From NCBI RefSeq assembly GCF_965641715.1, contig NZ_OZ282453.1: DNA of 64,000 nt; one strand, written 5' to 3'. Of the stretch, positions 45,961-55,442 are shown in pieces; positions within the stretch are counted from its first letter, which is position 1, and the number at the start of each line of letters is the position of its first letter. The stretch is from Escherichia coli (lineage in GTDB: Bacteria > Pseudomonadota > Gammaproteobacteria > Enterobacterales > Enterobacteriaceae). The notes below the pieces were generated by a model. The model was given only the letters and a program-made list of their open reading frames with translations. It was not told the origin of the DNA and did not search any database. The position numbers and the translations under genes were made by a program.

Positions 45961-46476
45961 ATGCGCTACCGTTCACTATCTCTACTTATTCCATGTGCAC
46001 TGCTGCTGAGTGCCTGTACCACCGTCACGCCAGCTTATAAAGATAACGGTCCCCGCACCGGTTCCTGTGTCCAGGGGGGGCCTGACAGCGTGGCCCAACA
46101 ATTCTATGACTACCGCATTCAACATCGCAGCAATGACATTACCGCCCTGCGCCCCTATTTGAGTGACAAACTGGCAACCCTACTTAGCGATGCCAGCCGC
46201 GATAATAGTCATCGTGAATTGTTAAGCAGTGATCCGTTCTCCAGTCGAACCACCTTGCCAGACAGCGCCCACGTTGCCAGTGCATCGACTATCCCTAATC
46301 GTGATGCCCGTAACATTCCTTTGCGCGTGGATCTTAAACAGGGTGACCAGGGCTGGCAGGATGAAGTGTTAATGATTCAGGAAGGCCAGTGTTGGGTCAT
46401 CGACGATGTGCGTTACTTAGGCGGTAGCGTTCATGCCACGGCGGGTACGCTCCGTCAGTCCATCGAGAATCGCTAA
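45961..46476 (+). CDS. ybjP: Lipoprotein YbjP
   Basis: 171 aa from MRYRSLSLLIPCALLLSAC (lipobox); SD taaggaa 6 nt upstream of this ATG. Confidence 0.9.
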   Translation: MRYRSLSLLIPCALLLSACTTVTPAYKDNGPRTGSCVQGGPDSVAQQFYDYRIQHRSNDITALRPYLSDKLATLLSDASRDNSHRELLSSDPFSSRTTLPDSAHVASASTIPNRDARNIPLRVDLKQGDQGWQDEVLMIQEGQCWVIDDVRYLGGSVHATAGTLRQSIENR

Positions 46477-46693
46477 CGCCTTGATCAACCAATAAACCCC
46501 GTAAATTGTCCGGCATTTCGTGAGGAATGCCGACATTTATGCTCGCCGACCACCGCCCCCGTTATTTTGTGCTATGTTTATTGAATAATGCGCTTTGCTT
46601 TTAACTTTTAAAGCAGAAATATTGCATAATTATTCTGTCAAAGGTACTATCTTCGACCTCAATAGCTATCAGACTGCCAGTATACGAGTGTCA

Positions 46694-47422
46694 ATGAGTA
46701 TTCAATTAAACGGCATTAATTGCTTCTACGGCGCGCATCAGGCGCTGTTCGATATCACGCTGGATTGCCCACAGGGCGAAACGCTGGTGTTACTTGGCCC
46801 CAGCGGAGCGGGTAAAAGCTCGCTGCTGCGTGTACTCAATCTGCTTGAGATGCCGCGCTCCGGTACGCTCAACATTGCAGGCAACCATTTCGATTTCACC
46901 AAAACACCCTCAGACAAAGCGATTCGCGATTTGCGTCGTAACGTTGGCATGGTGTTTCAGCAATACAACCTGTGGCCGCATCTGACCGTGCAGCAAAACC
47001 TGATTGAAGCGCCCTGCCGTGTACTGGGGTTGAGTAAAGATCAGGCGCTGGCCCGTGCAGAAAAACTGCTGGAACGTCTGCGTCTCAAACCTTATAGCGA
47101 TCGTTACCCGCTGCATCTTTCTGGTGGTCAGCAGCAGCGTGTTGCTATTGCCCGTGCGTTAATGATGGAACCGCAGGTACTGCTGTTTGATGAACCGACC
47201 GCCGCACTGGACCCGGAAATTACGGCACAAATCGTCAGCATCATTCGTGAGCTGGCAGAAACGAATATTACCCAGGTGATCGTCACCCACGAAGTTGAAG
47301 TGGCGCGTAAAACCGCCAGCCGAGTGGTGTATATGGAAAATGGTCATATCGTAGAACAAGGCGACGCGAGCTGCTTTACCGAGCCGCAAACCGAAGCATT
47401 TAAAAACTATCTCTCTCACTAA
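46694..47422 (+). CDS. artP: Arginine ABC transporter ATP-binding protein ArtP
   Basis: 242 aa from [23 protein letters not shown]; Walker [10 protein letters not shown]. Confidence 0.95.
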
Positions 47423-47439
47423 GATTCGGGATAACAACA

Positions 47440-48171
47440 ATGAAAAAAGTTCTGATTGCCGCGTTAATTGCAGGTTTTAGTCTTTCCGCCACAGCTGCCG
47501 AAACCATTCGTTTTGCTACCGAAGCCTCCTATCCTCCGTTTGAATCGATTGATGCAAACAACCAGATCGTTGGTTTTGACATCGACCTGGCACAGGCACT
47601 GTGTAAAGAGATTGATGCGACCTGTACTTTCTCTAACCAGGCATTTGACAGCCTGATCCCAAGCCTGAAATTCCGTCGCGTGGAAGCGGTGATGGCGGGC
47701 ATGGATATCACTCCGGAGCGTGAAAAGCAGGTGCTGTTTACCACCCCGTACTATGACAACTCTGCCCTGTTTGTGGGTCAGCAAGGCAAATACACCAGTG
47801 TTGATCAGCTGAAAGGCAAAAAAGTCGGCGTTCAGAACGGGACGACACACCAGAAGTTCATTATGGATAAGCATCCGGAAATCACTACCGTGCCGTATGA
47901 CAGCTACCAGAACGCAAAACTGGATCTGCAAAACGGGCGTATCGACGGCGTCTTCGGTGACACCGCAGTGGTCACTGAGTGGCTGAAAGATAACCCGAAA
48001 CTGGCGGCGGTGGGCGACAAAGTGACCGATAAAGATTACTTCGGCACTGGCCTCGGCATCGCGGTACGTCAGGGCAACACTGAGCTGCAGCAGAAACTCA
48101 ACACTGCGCTGGAAAAAGTGAAGAAAGATGGCACTTACGAAACCATCTACAACAAATGGTTCCAGAAGTAA
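47440..48171 (+). CDS. artI: Arginine-binding periplasmic protein ArtI
   Basis: 243 aa with signal peptide; paralogous to artJ in this window. Confidence 0.93.
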   Translation: MKKVLIAALIAGFSLSATAAETIRFATEASYPPFESIDANNQIVGFDIDLAQALCKEIDATCTFSNQAFDSLIPSLKFRRVEAVMAGMDITPEREKQVLFTTPYYDNSALFVGQQGKYTSVDQLKGKKVGVQNGTTHQKFIMDKHPEITTVPYDSYQNAKLDLQNGRIDGVFGDTAVVTEWLKDNPKLAAVGDKVTDKDYFGTGLGIAVRQGNTELQQKLNTALEKVKKDGTYETIYNKWFQK

Positions 48172-48177
48172 TTCCTG

Positions 48178-48894
48178 ATGAATGAATTTTTTCCTTTAGC
48201 AAGCGCCGCCGGGATGACCGTCGGCCTTGCCGTTTGTGCATTGATTGTCGGACTGGCGCTGGCGATGTTCTTTGCGGTGTGGGAGTCGGCAAAATGGCGT
48301 CCTGTCGCGTGGGCAGGTTCAGCGCTGGTAACCATTCTACGTGGCCTGCCAGAAATTCTGGTGGTGCTGTTTATCTATTTTGGCTCCTCGCAGCTGCTGC
48401 TGACGCTTTCGGATGGCTTCACTATCAATCTTGGGTTCGTGCAGATCCCAGTGCAGATGGACATTGAGAACTTCGACGTTAGCCCGTTCCTTTGTGGTGT
48501 CATCGCTCTGTCACTGCTGTATGCCGCCTATGCCTCGCAAACGCTGCGCGGCGCGTTGAAAGCGGTGCCGATGGGTCAGTGGGAATCCGGCCAGGCGCTG
48601 GGGCTGTCGAAATCGGCTATCTTTTTCCGTCTGGTGATGCCGCAGATGTGGCGTCATGCGCTGCCTGGCCTCGGTAACCAGTGGCTGGTGCTGCTGAAAG
48701 ATACCGCGCTGGTCAGTTTGATTAGTGTGAATGATTTAATGCTACAAACCAAAAGCATTGCTACTCGTACCCAGGAACCTTTTACCTGGTACATTGTGGC
48801 GGCGGCGATTTACCTGGTGATCACCCTGCTCAGTCAGTACATTCTCAAACGCATTGACCTGCGCGCGACACGTTTTGAGCGGAGGCCCAGCTAA
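48178..48894 (+). CDS. artQ: Arginine ABC transporter permease ArtQ
   Basis: 238-aa membrane protein; synteny. Confidence 0.93.
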   Translation: MNEFFPLASAAGMTVGLAVCALIVGLALAMFFAVWESAKWRPVAWAGSALVTILRGLPEILVVLFIYFGSSQLLLTLSDGFTINLGFVQIPVQMDIENFDVSPFLCGVIALSLLYAAYASQTLRGALKAVPMGQWESGQALGLSKSAIFFRLVMPQMWRHALPGLGNQWLVLLKDTALVSLISVNDLMLQTKSIATRTQEPFTWYIVAAAIYLVITLLSQYILKRIDLRATRFERRPS

Positions 48895-49562
48895 TGTTTG
48901 AGTATTTACCCGAACTGATGAAAGGGCTGCACACCAGCCTGACGCTGACGGTTGCCTCGCTGATTGTGGCGCTGATTCTGGCGTTGATTTTTACCATCAT
49001 CCTGACGCTGAAAACGCCGGTGCTGGTGTGGCTGGTGCGTGGTTATATCACACTGTTTACCGGCACGCCTCTGCTGGTGCAGATCTTCCTGATTTACTAC
49101 GGGCCGGGCCAGTTCCCGACGTTGCAGGAATATCCGGCACTGTGGCATTTGTTGTCAGAACCGTGGTTATGTGCATTGATTGCGTTATCGCTGAACAGTG
49201 CGGCGTATACCACGCAGCTGTTTTACGGTGCCATTCGCGCGATCCCGGAAGGTCAATGGCAATCCTGTAGCGCTCTGGGAATGAGTAAAAAAGATACGCT
49301 GGCGATCCTGCTGCCGTATGCCTTTAAACGCTCGCTCTCTTCTTATTCCAACGAAGTGGTGCTGGTGTTCAAAAGTACCTCTCTGGCTTACACCATTACG
49401 CTGATGGAAGTGATGGGATACAGCCAGTTGTTGTACGGACGCACCTACGATGTCATGGTGTTCGGTGCGGCAGGGATTATTTACCTGATTGTTAACGGTC
49501 TGCTGACGCTGATGATGCGTCTGATCGAGCGCAAAGCACTGGCATTCGAACGGCGGAATTAA
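48894..49562 (+). CDS. artM: Arginine ABC transporter permease ArtM
   Basis: 222-aa membrane protein; start overlaps the artQ stop. Confidence 0.93.
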   Translation: MFEYLPELMKGLHTSLTLTVASLIVALILALIFTIILTLKTPVLVWLVRGYITLFTGTPLLVQIFLIYYGPGQFPTLQEYPALWHLLSEPWLCALIALSLNSAAYTTQLFYGAIRAIPEGQWQSCSALGMSKKDTLAILLPYAFKRSLSSYSNEVVLVFKSTSLAYTITLMEVMGYSQLLYGRTYDVMVFGAAGIIYLIVNGLLTLMMRLIERKALAFERRN

Positions 49563-49592
49563 TGTAGCTGCGTACATTCGCCGGGGGGGTTT

Positions 49593-49679
49593 GTAGGTCT
49601 GATAAGACGCGCCAGCGTCGCATCAGACATCAGCACAGTGCCTGTACCGGATGCGGCGTGGACGCCTTATCCGGCCTAC
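49593..49679. repeat. BIME containing two REP elements
   Basis: gtaggtctgataagacgcgccagcgtcgcatcagac and taccggatgcggcgtggacgccttatccggcctac (REP consensus) in inverted orientation. Confidence 0.8.
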
Positions 49680-49704
49680 ATAGTGCATAAATTCTTATAA
49701 TAAA

Positions 49705-49737
49705 GACGGACAACTCACTAAGTTGTCCGTCTTTTTT
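49705..49737 (+). terminator. Rho-independent terminator of the artPIQM operon
   Basis: gacggacaact-cacta-agttgtccgtc followed by tttttt. Confidence 0.7.
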
Positions 49738-49853
49738 CATTTCATGCAAATTATTTAATCATATTTATTGCATATAAATTCACTTGATGGCATTGTTATC
49801 CCATGCCGCAGACACGGCCAATAATCATAAGATTGACAGACGGGAGTTCCATC

Positions 49854-50585
49854 ATGAAAAAGTTAGTTCTTGCCGCATTACTGGCATCCTGTGCGTTCGG
49901 CGCTTCTGCCGCAGAGAAAATCAATTTTGGCGTATCAGCGACCTATCCGCCGTTCGAGTCAATGGATGCTAATAACCAGATCGTCGGCTTTGATATCGAC
50001 CTGGCAAAAGCGTTATGCAAACAGATGCAGGCAGAATGTACTTTTACCAATCACGCTTTCGACAGCCTGATCCCGTCACTGAAATTCAGGAAATATGACG
50101 CCGTTATCTCCGGTATGGATATCACGCCAGATCGTAGCAAGCAGGTATCGTTTACCACGCCCTATTACGAAAACTCAGCCGTCGTGATTGCCAAAAAAGA
50201 TACCTACAAAACGTTTGCCGACCTGAAAGGCAAACGCATTGGGATGGAAAACGGTACTACGCACCAGAAATATATTCAGGATCAGCACCCGGAAGTGAAA
50301 ACGGTCTCCTATGACAGTTATCAAAATGCCTTTATCGATCTGAAAAATGGCCGTATTGATGGCGTATTTGGTGACACTGCGGTGGTTAATGAATGGCTGA
50401 AAACCAATCCGCAACTGGGCGTTGCTACTGAAAAAGTGACCGATCCGCAATACTTCGGCACCGGCCTGGGTATCGCTGTACGTCCGGATAACAAAGCTCT
50501 GCTGGAAAAACTGAATAACGCGCTGGCAGCAATTAAAGCTGACGGTACATATCAGAAAATCAGCGATCAGTGGTTCCCGCAATAA
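49854..50585 (+). CDS. artJ: Arginine-binding periplasmic protein ArtJ
   Basis: 243 aa from MKKLVLAALLASCAFGASA; SD gggag upstream. Confidence 0.93.
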   Translation: MKKLVLAALLASCAFGASAAEKINFGVSATYPPFESMDANNQIVGFDIDLAKALCKQMQAECTFTNHAFDSLIPSLKFRKYDAVISGMDITPDRSKQVSFTTPYYENSAVVIAKKDTYKTFADLKGKRIGMENGTTHQKYIQDQHPEVKTVSYDSYQNAFIDLKNGRIDGVFGDTAVVNEWLKTNPQLGVATEKVTDPQYFGTGLGIAVRPDNKALLEKLNNALAAIKADGTYQKISDQWFPQ

Positions 50586-50595
50586 TTATTCATTT

Positions 50596-50622
50596 GCCGG
50601 AGTGGGCGAACACCCACTCCGG
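50596..50622. terminator. Hairpin between convergent artJ and the sulfatase gene
   Basis: gccggagtggg-cgaaca-cccactccggc, an 11-bp perfect stem. Confidence 0.6.
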
Positions 50623-51861
50623 CAAAATCACTTCTCTACGCTAATCCCAGGCGCTGAAACTGCTCTGGCGGCGCATCATTATCTTTCATCAACTGAATCA
50701 GCAACGCGATCATCCGGGACTCGATCACATCATCATGAATCGGATGTAGCTGCTGCGGATCGTTTTGCAGATCAAACAGCAAATGACCAAACTGATTCAA
50801 CCCCTTATATTTTTCCTGTGCCGGGATGCGTAATACCTGTAACCCTTTGGTAAAACGAAACGGTGGGGCCAGCGATAAAGCCCGCATCTCATCCACCGGA
50901 TAGCGGCTGTTCATTTTGCAGGACATCAACGTGTAGTTGGCAATATCATCCTCACGCCCCGGCAGCGCTGCACGCATATACACATAACGCCCATCAGTTA
51001 CGTTAGCATGACCACTGAAAACACCAAACATCGCCGAGCTGCGTACTGGTTCATCGTGACTGACCGTTTTCGCCAGCGGTTGCCCCTGCACATCGGGCGG
51101 CACTGGCTGTTGAAAAAAGTCATACAACGTTGGCGCCCAGTCGATCATTTGTACCAGTGCCTGTCGCCGCTCTCCTTTTACACCACTGCGCGGGTCCCAG
51201 ATAAACAACGGATTATTGGCAACTTCGTTGTAATAAGGCATCTGGTTTTTCGCCCACCAGCCATGCTCACCGAGTAAAAAGCCGTGGTCAGTGCCGACAA
51301 TCAGCATGGTATCTCGCCACAGATCGTGCTCATCCATCAGGTCGAGAATGCGCCCCAGGTTGCGATCGCACATCGACACCAGCGAACGATACCGGCAACG
51401 GATGTGCTCCACGGCCTCGTCGCTTTCCTGCACCCGGCCACGCGGCCAGTCATAATGCGGTCCATCCCAGTTATCTTCATACAAGGAAAGATACTCTTCC
51501 GTTGTGTGAAACGGCTCGTGCGGATCAAACGTTTCGATCTGCAATAACCAGTTATCTTCCGCGTGATTTTTGTGGATAAAGGCACAGCCTGCATCAAACA
51601 CTTTAGTTTGTGGAAAATCTGCTTCCTGCTGAATATATTCCCGGTTTGCCCAGTCATGGCGCCACAGACCAGAAACACCGCCACCGGTCTGCTTTTGCGG
51701 CACCCGTAGCACCTCGGGAATAGGCGGTTGCGCAACGCTTGCATGCCAGTGATCGCCTTCCTGTCCGCGCACAATCTCCCACGAACTGTAGCGATTATGA
51801 TAATTCCCGCCGCCATCTTCCCAGTAATGCAAATGATCGCTTATCAGGTGGGTATAGATCC

Positions 51862-53200
51862 CATAAGCGCTAACTTAAGGGTTGAACCATCTGAAGAATG
51901 CGACGCCTCGGTGCCTCGTTAAGACGATGCCTCGCGTTCTTCAATTGCGTTTTGTAGGCTGTCAGGGATACTGTCCCACGAATGGCCACCTGTAAGCTCC
52001 AGATGACCATTTTTGTTATTCTCCACAACGAGTTAGTTCTTCTTTTCGGATCCGGCACTTCTGGGGGGGAAATCCAGCGATGGCTGGATTATGTCGTCAA
52101 TTAAAAATGCGGCGAGTAGATTAGCAAATATCCACGCTTTCGCGAGTTCAGGTTCCTTTGCACGCAAAGCATCCAGGTGCAGCAAACTTTTGAGCCGCTT
52201 AAAAGCCAGTTCAATTTGCCATCGCAGACGGTAACAATCAGCCACTTGCTCTGCTGAATATTCATCTTCCGGTAATGATGTTAGCAATAGCACATGGCCC
52301 GCTGCTTCCAGCGTTTCCGCCTGAACTACTCGTCCTTTTCGACGATTCTCGCTGAGCAGTCGGGTTTTACTGATTAATGCTTTTTCGGGAGGAAGTGATA
52401 CGGCAATGAGACGTGCCGGAAAGGGAGCTCCGGCTTTTTTATTACCTGAATTGCCTATCATTACAGTGGTTTCACCGTTCTTACCGCAATCCAGCCCGCG
52501 CAGAAAACCCATCATGTCAAAGCGCATTCCTTCTGCAGTTAACCAGCGCAATCCTCGCCAGTGAACCCGGACGATATAATCAGCTTCTCCAAAAGCAAGT
52601 GAGCGGATACATTCGGGACGCGAACCGAATCCCCGGTCAGCAATGCGTATCTCGTCTGCCGTTTGCGCAAATCGGTCCAGCCGTTCAGCGTCTCTGCTGT
52701 CGGTTAGCTCAAAATCAGTGAACTGACAGGTATGAGGATCATATCCCATATGTAGTCGCCATTCAGCGCTGCCGCCCCCGGGCGCACTGATTGCTGTTCC
52801 ATCGACAAGACGCAATCTCTTTCCGCTTGTACAACCCGTAACTGCGGCGCGTACAGCAAGTGTTTGTGCGGCAAGTATGCCAAACCAGTCGGCGGCATTC
52901 CGCAGCCGCTTCAGGAGAGCCACGTCAGATAATGTTGCAACGTCATGGAGCTGAGCCCATGCAGTGACTTCACGTAATGACATCCCCCCGGGGCCGTAAG
53001 CCAGCCCCAGACGTAGCAGAGTTGCAGCATCACGAATTTCGCGGCGGCGGGTTAGAGCCCCGGCATTACGTGCCGAAGTATCCAGTTCTTCGGGCTTACC
53101 AATATGGGCCAGAATTGCTGACCAGTTATCGTGAGAGTAATTCATCGGCACGTTAAATCATATCAGGCGTAATACCACAACCCTTAAGTTAGCGCTTATG
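51862..53200 (-). mobile_element. IS186 (IS4 family), complete copy with 23-bp terminal inverted repeats and a 10-bp target-site duplication
   Basis: Terminal repeats cataagcgctaacttaagggttg / caacccttaagttagcgcttatg; flanking direct repeat gtatagatcc at 51852-51861 and 53201-53210; target context ggg...ccc. Confidence 0.9.
52033..53145 (-). CDS. insL: IS186 transposase (DDE, IS4 family)
   Basis: 370 aa from MNYSHDNWSAILAHIGKPEELDTSARNAGALTRRREIRDAATLLRLGLAYGPGG..., matching the IS186 transposase. Confidence 0.9.
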   Translation of the reverse strand: MNYSHDNWSAILAHIGKPEELDTSARNAGALTRRREIRDAATLLRLGLAYGPGGMSLREVTAWAQLHDVATLSDVALLKRLRNAADWFGILAAQTLAVRAAVTGCTSGKRLRLVDGTAISAPGGGSAEWRLHMGYDPHTCQFTDFELTDSRDAERLDRFAQTADEIRIADRGFGSRPECIRSLAFGEADYIVRVHWRGLRWLTAEGMRFDMMGFLRGLDCGKNGETTVMIGNSGNKKAGAPFPARLIAVSLPPEKALISKTRLLSENRRKGRVVQAETLEAAGHVLLLTSLPEDEYSAEQVADCYRLRWQIELAFKRLKSLLHLDALRAKEPELAKAWIFANLLAAFLIDDIIQPSLDFPPRSAGSEKKN

Positions 53201-53477
53201 GTATAGATCCCCGCCTTTTTAAGCAGCTCCGGCATGGAATCGTCAAACGGTTCTAACGGCCCCCACTCCCGATGCAGGAAGTTACATCGCCCGGTATGCA
53301 ACTCCCGCCGAGCAGGCATACACGGCATACTGCCGACGTAACTGTTTTCAAAGGTGGCGGCATGAGCCGCCAGACGTTGGAAATTAGGCGCTTTGGTTAA
53401 CGCATCGCCATAAGGTGGCAGATAACGTTTATTCAGACTATCGAACAGTAGAATAATCGCTCTCATTACGCCCTACC

Positions 53478-53798
53478 TTATTGATTAATTAAATGCGGAA
53501 AATGTTGCTGAACCACTTCATAAATTTGCTGACCAATAGTTTCACCGTCCATAATATTCTCTATCGGAATCAAATATTGCCCTTGTTTCGGGTCAAGACT
53601 AACCACATCGAGTAATTTTTTGGAAATAGCAAAAATATCCGCCCAGTCGGTAAATCCGCCGACTTCACCTGCGGCGGTATGTTCCATTTCAACTTTGAAA
53701 TCATATTTGGTCAGCGCTTTTTTAACGACCGTTTGTAACATAACGCTACTGCCTACACCGTAACCACAGACAAACAGAATATTAATTGTATCTTTCAT
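53478..53798 (-). CDS. PTS EIIB component (ascorbate/galactitol-type PTS_IIB fold)
   Basis: 106 aa; N-terminal phospho-cysteine loop ILFVCGYGVGSS. Confidence 0.8.
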   Translation of the reverse strand: MKDTINILFVCGYGVGSSVMLQTVVKKALTKYDFKVEMEHTAAGEVGGFTDWADIFAISKKLLDVVSLDPKQGQYLIPIENIMDGETIGQQIYEVVQQHFPHLINQ

Positions 53799-53819
53799 TT
53801 TTAAACCCTTAATATTTAA

Positions 53820-55163
53820 TTAACCCGCGTAAGGACCAAGATGGAATGTTGCAGCGATAAATTTCAGAACTTCACAAATAGCAGGCCATACGGTTGCCCA
53901 GTCAAATATTCCTGTCCAGCCGACGCCATTTTCAGCAAGCCCGGTTAACGGAATAGCCCACACCGTACCGAAGGTCTGAATAATACCCAGCAAGAACGTA
54001 CAGATAATTACGGAACGGTATCCGCCCATGCGGTTTGCTAATACGCCAATTGGACCGCCAGAGAAAAACAGAGGTACAAAGCCAGGCAATACCATAATTG
54101 GGCTGTGAACCAGTAATAAGATCCCCATCGAAAAAATGGTGCCAAAAGTACAGAAGACGAAGCCTAACGTTGCGGCATTGGGTGAAAAAGGCAACAGCGC
54201 GGCGACATCGACGGCGGGAATGGCATTAGGAATAAAGCGATCCTGCCAGCCTTTAAACGAACCGTTAATTTCGCCCACCATCATGCGCACACCCTGCAGC
54301 AAAATGACCATATACATGGAGAACTGTAAGCCAAGGTTGATGATATAGATGTACCAGGGCTTGCCTTTCGCCATTAACTGGACATTATCGATACCCGTTG
54401 ATAGCAAGAAACCACCGACAAACAGCGTCATCACAATGGCGATAGCCGTTACGTTATGGTTAAAAATCGCCAGCCACCCGGGGAGTTTCAGGTTTTCAGC
54501 ATCGTGCTTTTCGGGGTCACCAAATTTATGGGCGAATTTGGAGAAAAACCACAATCCCAACATCTGGTTATGAGCAATGGTAAAACCGGCATCTTTGGTA
54601 ACTTTGGCAATGGGCTTAACAATGAGCGTGGTGGAGAACGCCCAGAATACACCCGTTAATATTCCGGCAATAATAATGGATGTAGTCCAGCTAAAACCCA
54701 GCCAAAAGACAATCAACCATAATACCGCCTGAGAATGTGAAACACCGGTATTCCCTGTCAAAAATATCCCTTTGGCACCAGTATACCGACCAAATAATAC
54801 CAGCAGCAGGTTGGTAAAAAACGCCAGTACAAATACATAACCGACATAACCAAAATTATCCCCCAACGCAATTTGCGTTGCCGCTTTCATTGCGTAGGAA
54901 TCCATTAAATATCCGTGAACACCATAGGCTTTACTTACGGCTTCTGCTACCGGTTTAAATGTTGCGGAAAACTGGAAACCACCAAATAACACCATCATTA
55001 ATCCCACCATGGCGCTGACCATGCCGGTAATAATTTTTATTGGCGATTTCTTATCAAGGGCATAACCAATACCCACCAGCAAACCAATTAAAATTGCCGG
55101 TTCAGTTAAAAACGTTTGAATAACATCTATGAATTTGGCAAACATCGTCGGAACGCCCTCCAT
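53820..55163 (-). CDS. PTS EIIC component, L-ascorbate (UlaA/SgaT) family
   Basis: About 445-aa polytopic membrane protein; segments such as LKLPGWLAIFNHNVTAIAIVMTLF resemble UlaA; start may be the second ATG (MFAKFIDV). Confidence 0.8.
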   Translation of the reverse strand: MEGVPTMFAKFIDVIQTFLTEPAILIGLLVGIGYALDKKSPIKIITGMVSAMVGLMMVLFGGFQFSATFKPVAEAVSKAYGVHGYLMDSYAMKAATQIALGDNFGYVGYVFVLAFFTNLLLVLFGRYTGAKGIFLTGNTGVSHSQAVLWLIVFWLGFSWTTSIIIAGILTGVFWAFSTTLIVKPIAKVTKDAGFTIAHNQMLGLWFFSKFAHKFGDPEKHDAENLKLPGWLAIFNHNVTAIAIVMTLFVGGFLLSTGIDNVQLMAKGKPWYIYIINLGLQFSMYMVILLQGVRMMVGEINGSFKGWQDRFIPNAIPAVDVAALLPFSPNAATLGFVFCTFGTIFSMGILLLVHSPIMVLPGFVPLFFSGGPIGVLANRMGGYRSVIICTFLLGIIQTFGTVWAIPLTGLAENGVGWTGIFDWATVWPAICEVLKFIAATFHLGPYAG

Positions 55164-55353
55164 AAGCGTACATTTCCGTTGTCAATGCATGAACCTTCTG
55201 CTGACGTTAATAATGTCTCAGGAAATTTTGTGTTTCGCTAAGCAATGCCTCTGTATGTATTCGGTAAGTGCACTGTAGTAATCAAAACAGTTCAATTAAA
55301 GATCTTATTTGATTATTTGTGATTTGATTTGCAAAAATAGAGCAATATATAAC

Positions 55354-55389
55354 CGTGATCGATCGGTTATTATTAATCGATCGATCACG
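55354..55389. promoter_or_regulatory. GATC-rich perfect inverted repeat upstream of the PTS-sulfatase operon and downstream of rlmC
   Basis: cgtgatcgatcg-N12-cgatcgatcacg (12-bp arms), containing four GATC Dam sites. Confidence 0.5.
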
Positions 55390-55442
55390 ATTATTATTTT
55401 GAGTGAATAGTTGTTGCCGAAAAATTTACTGCCGTGATGTAT

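Larger units (their letters stand above)
50636..53466 (-). pseudogene. Cys-type sulfatase gene disrupted by IS186 (N-terminal fragment 53201-53466, C-terminal fragment 50636-51861)
   Basis: N-terminal fragment carries the sulfatase signature ...SMPCMPARRELHTGR (C-x-P-x-R); the two fragments are in frame once IS186 and one copy of the 10-bp duplication are removed, giving about 493 aa; no signal peptide. Confidence 0.8.
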
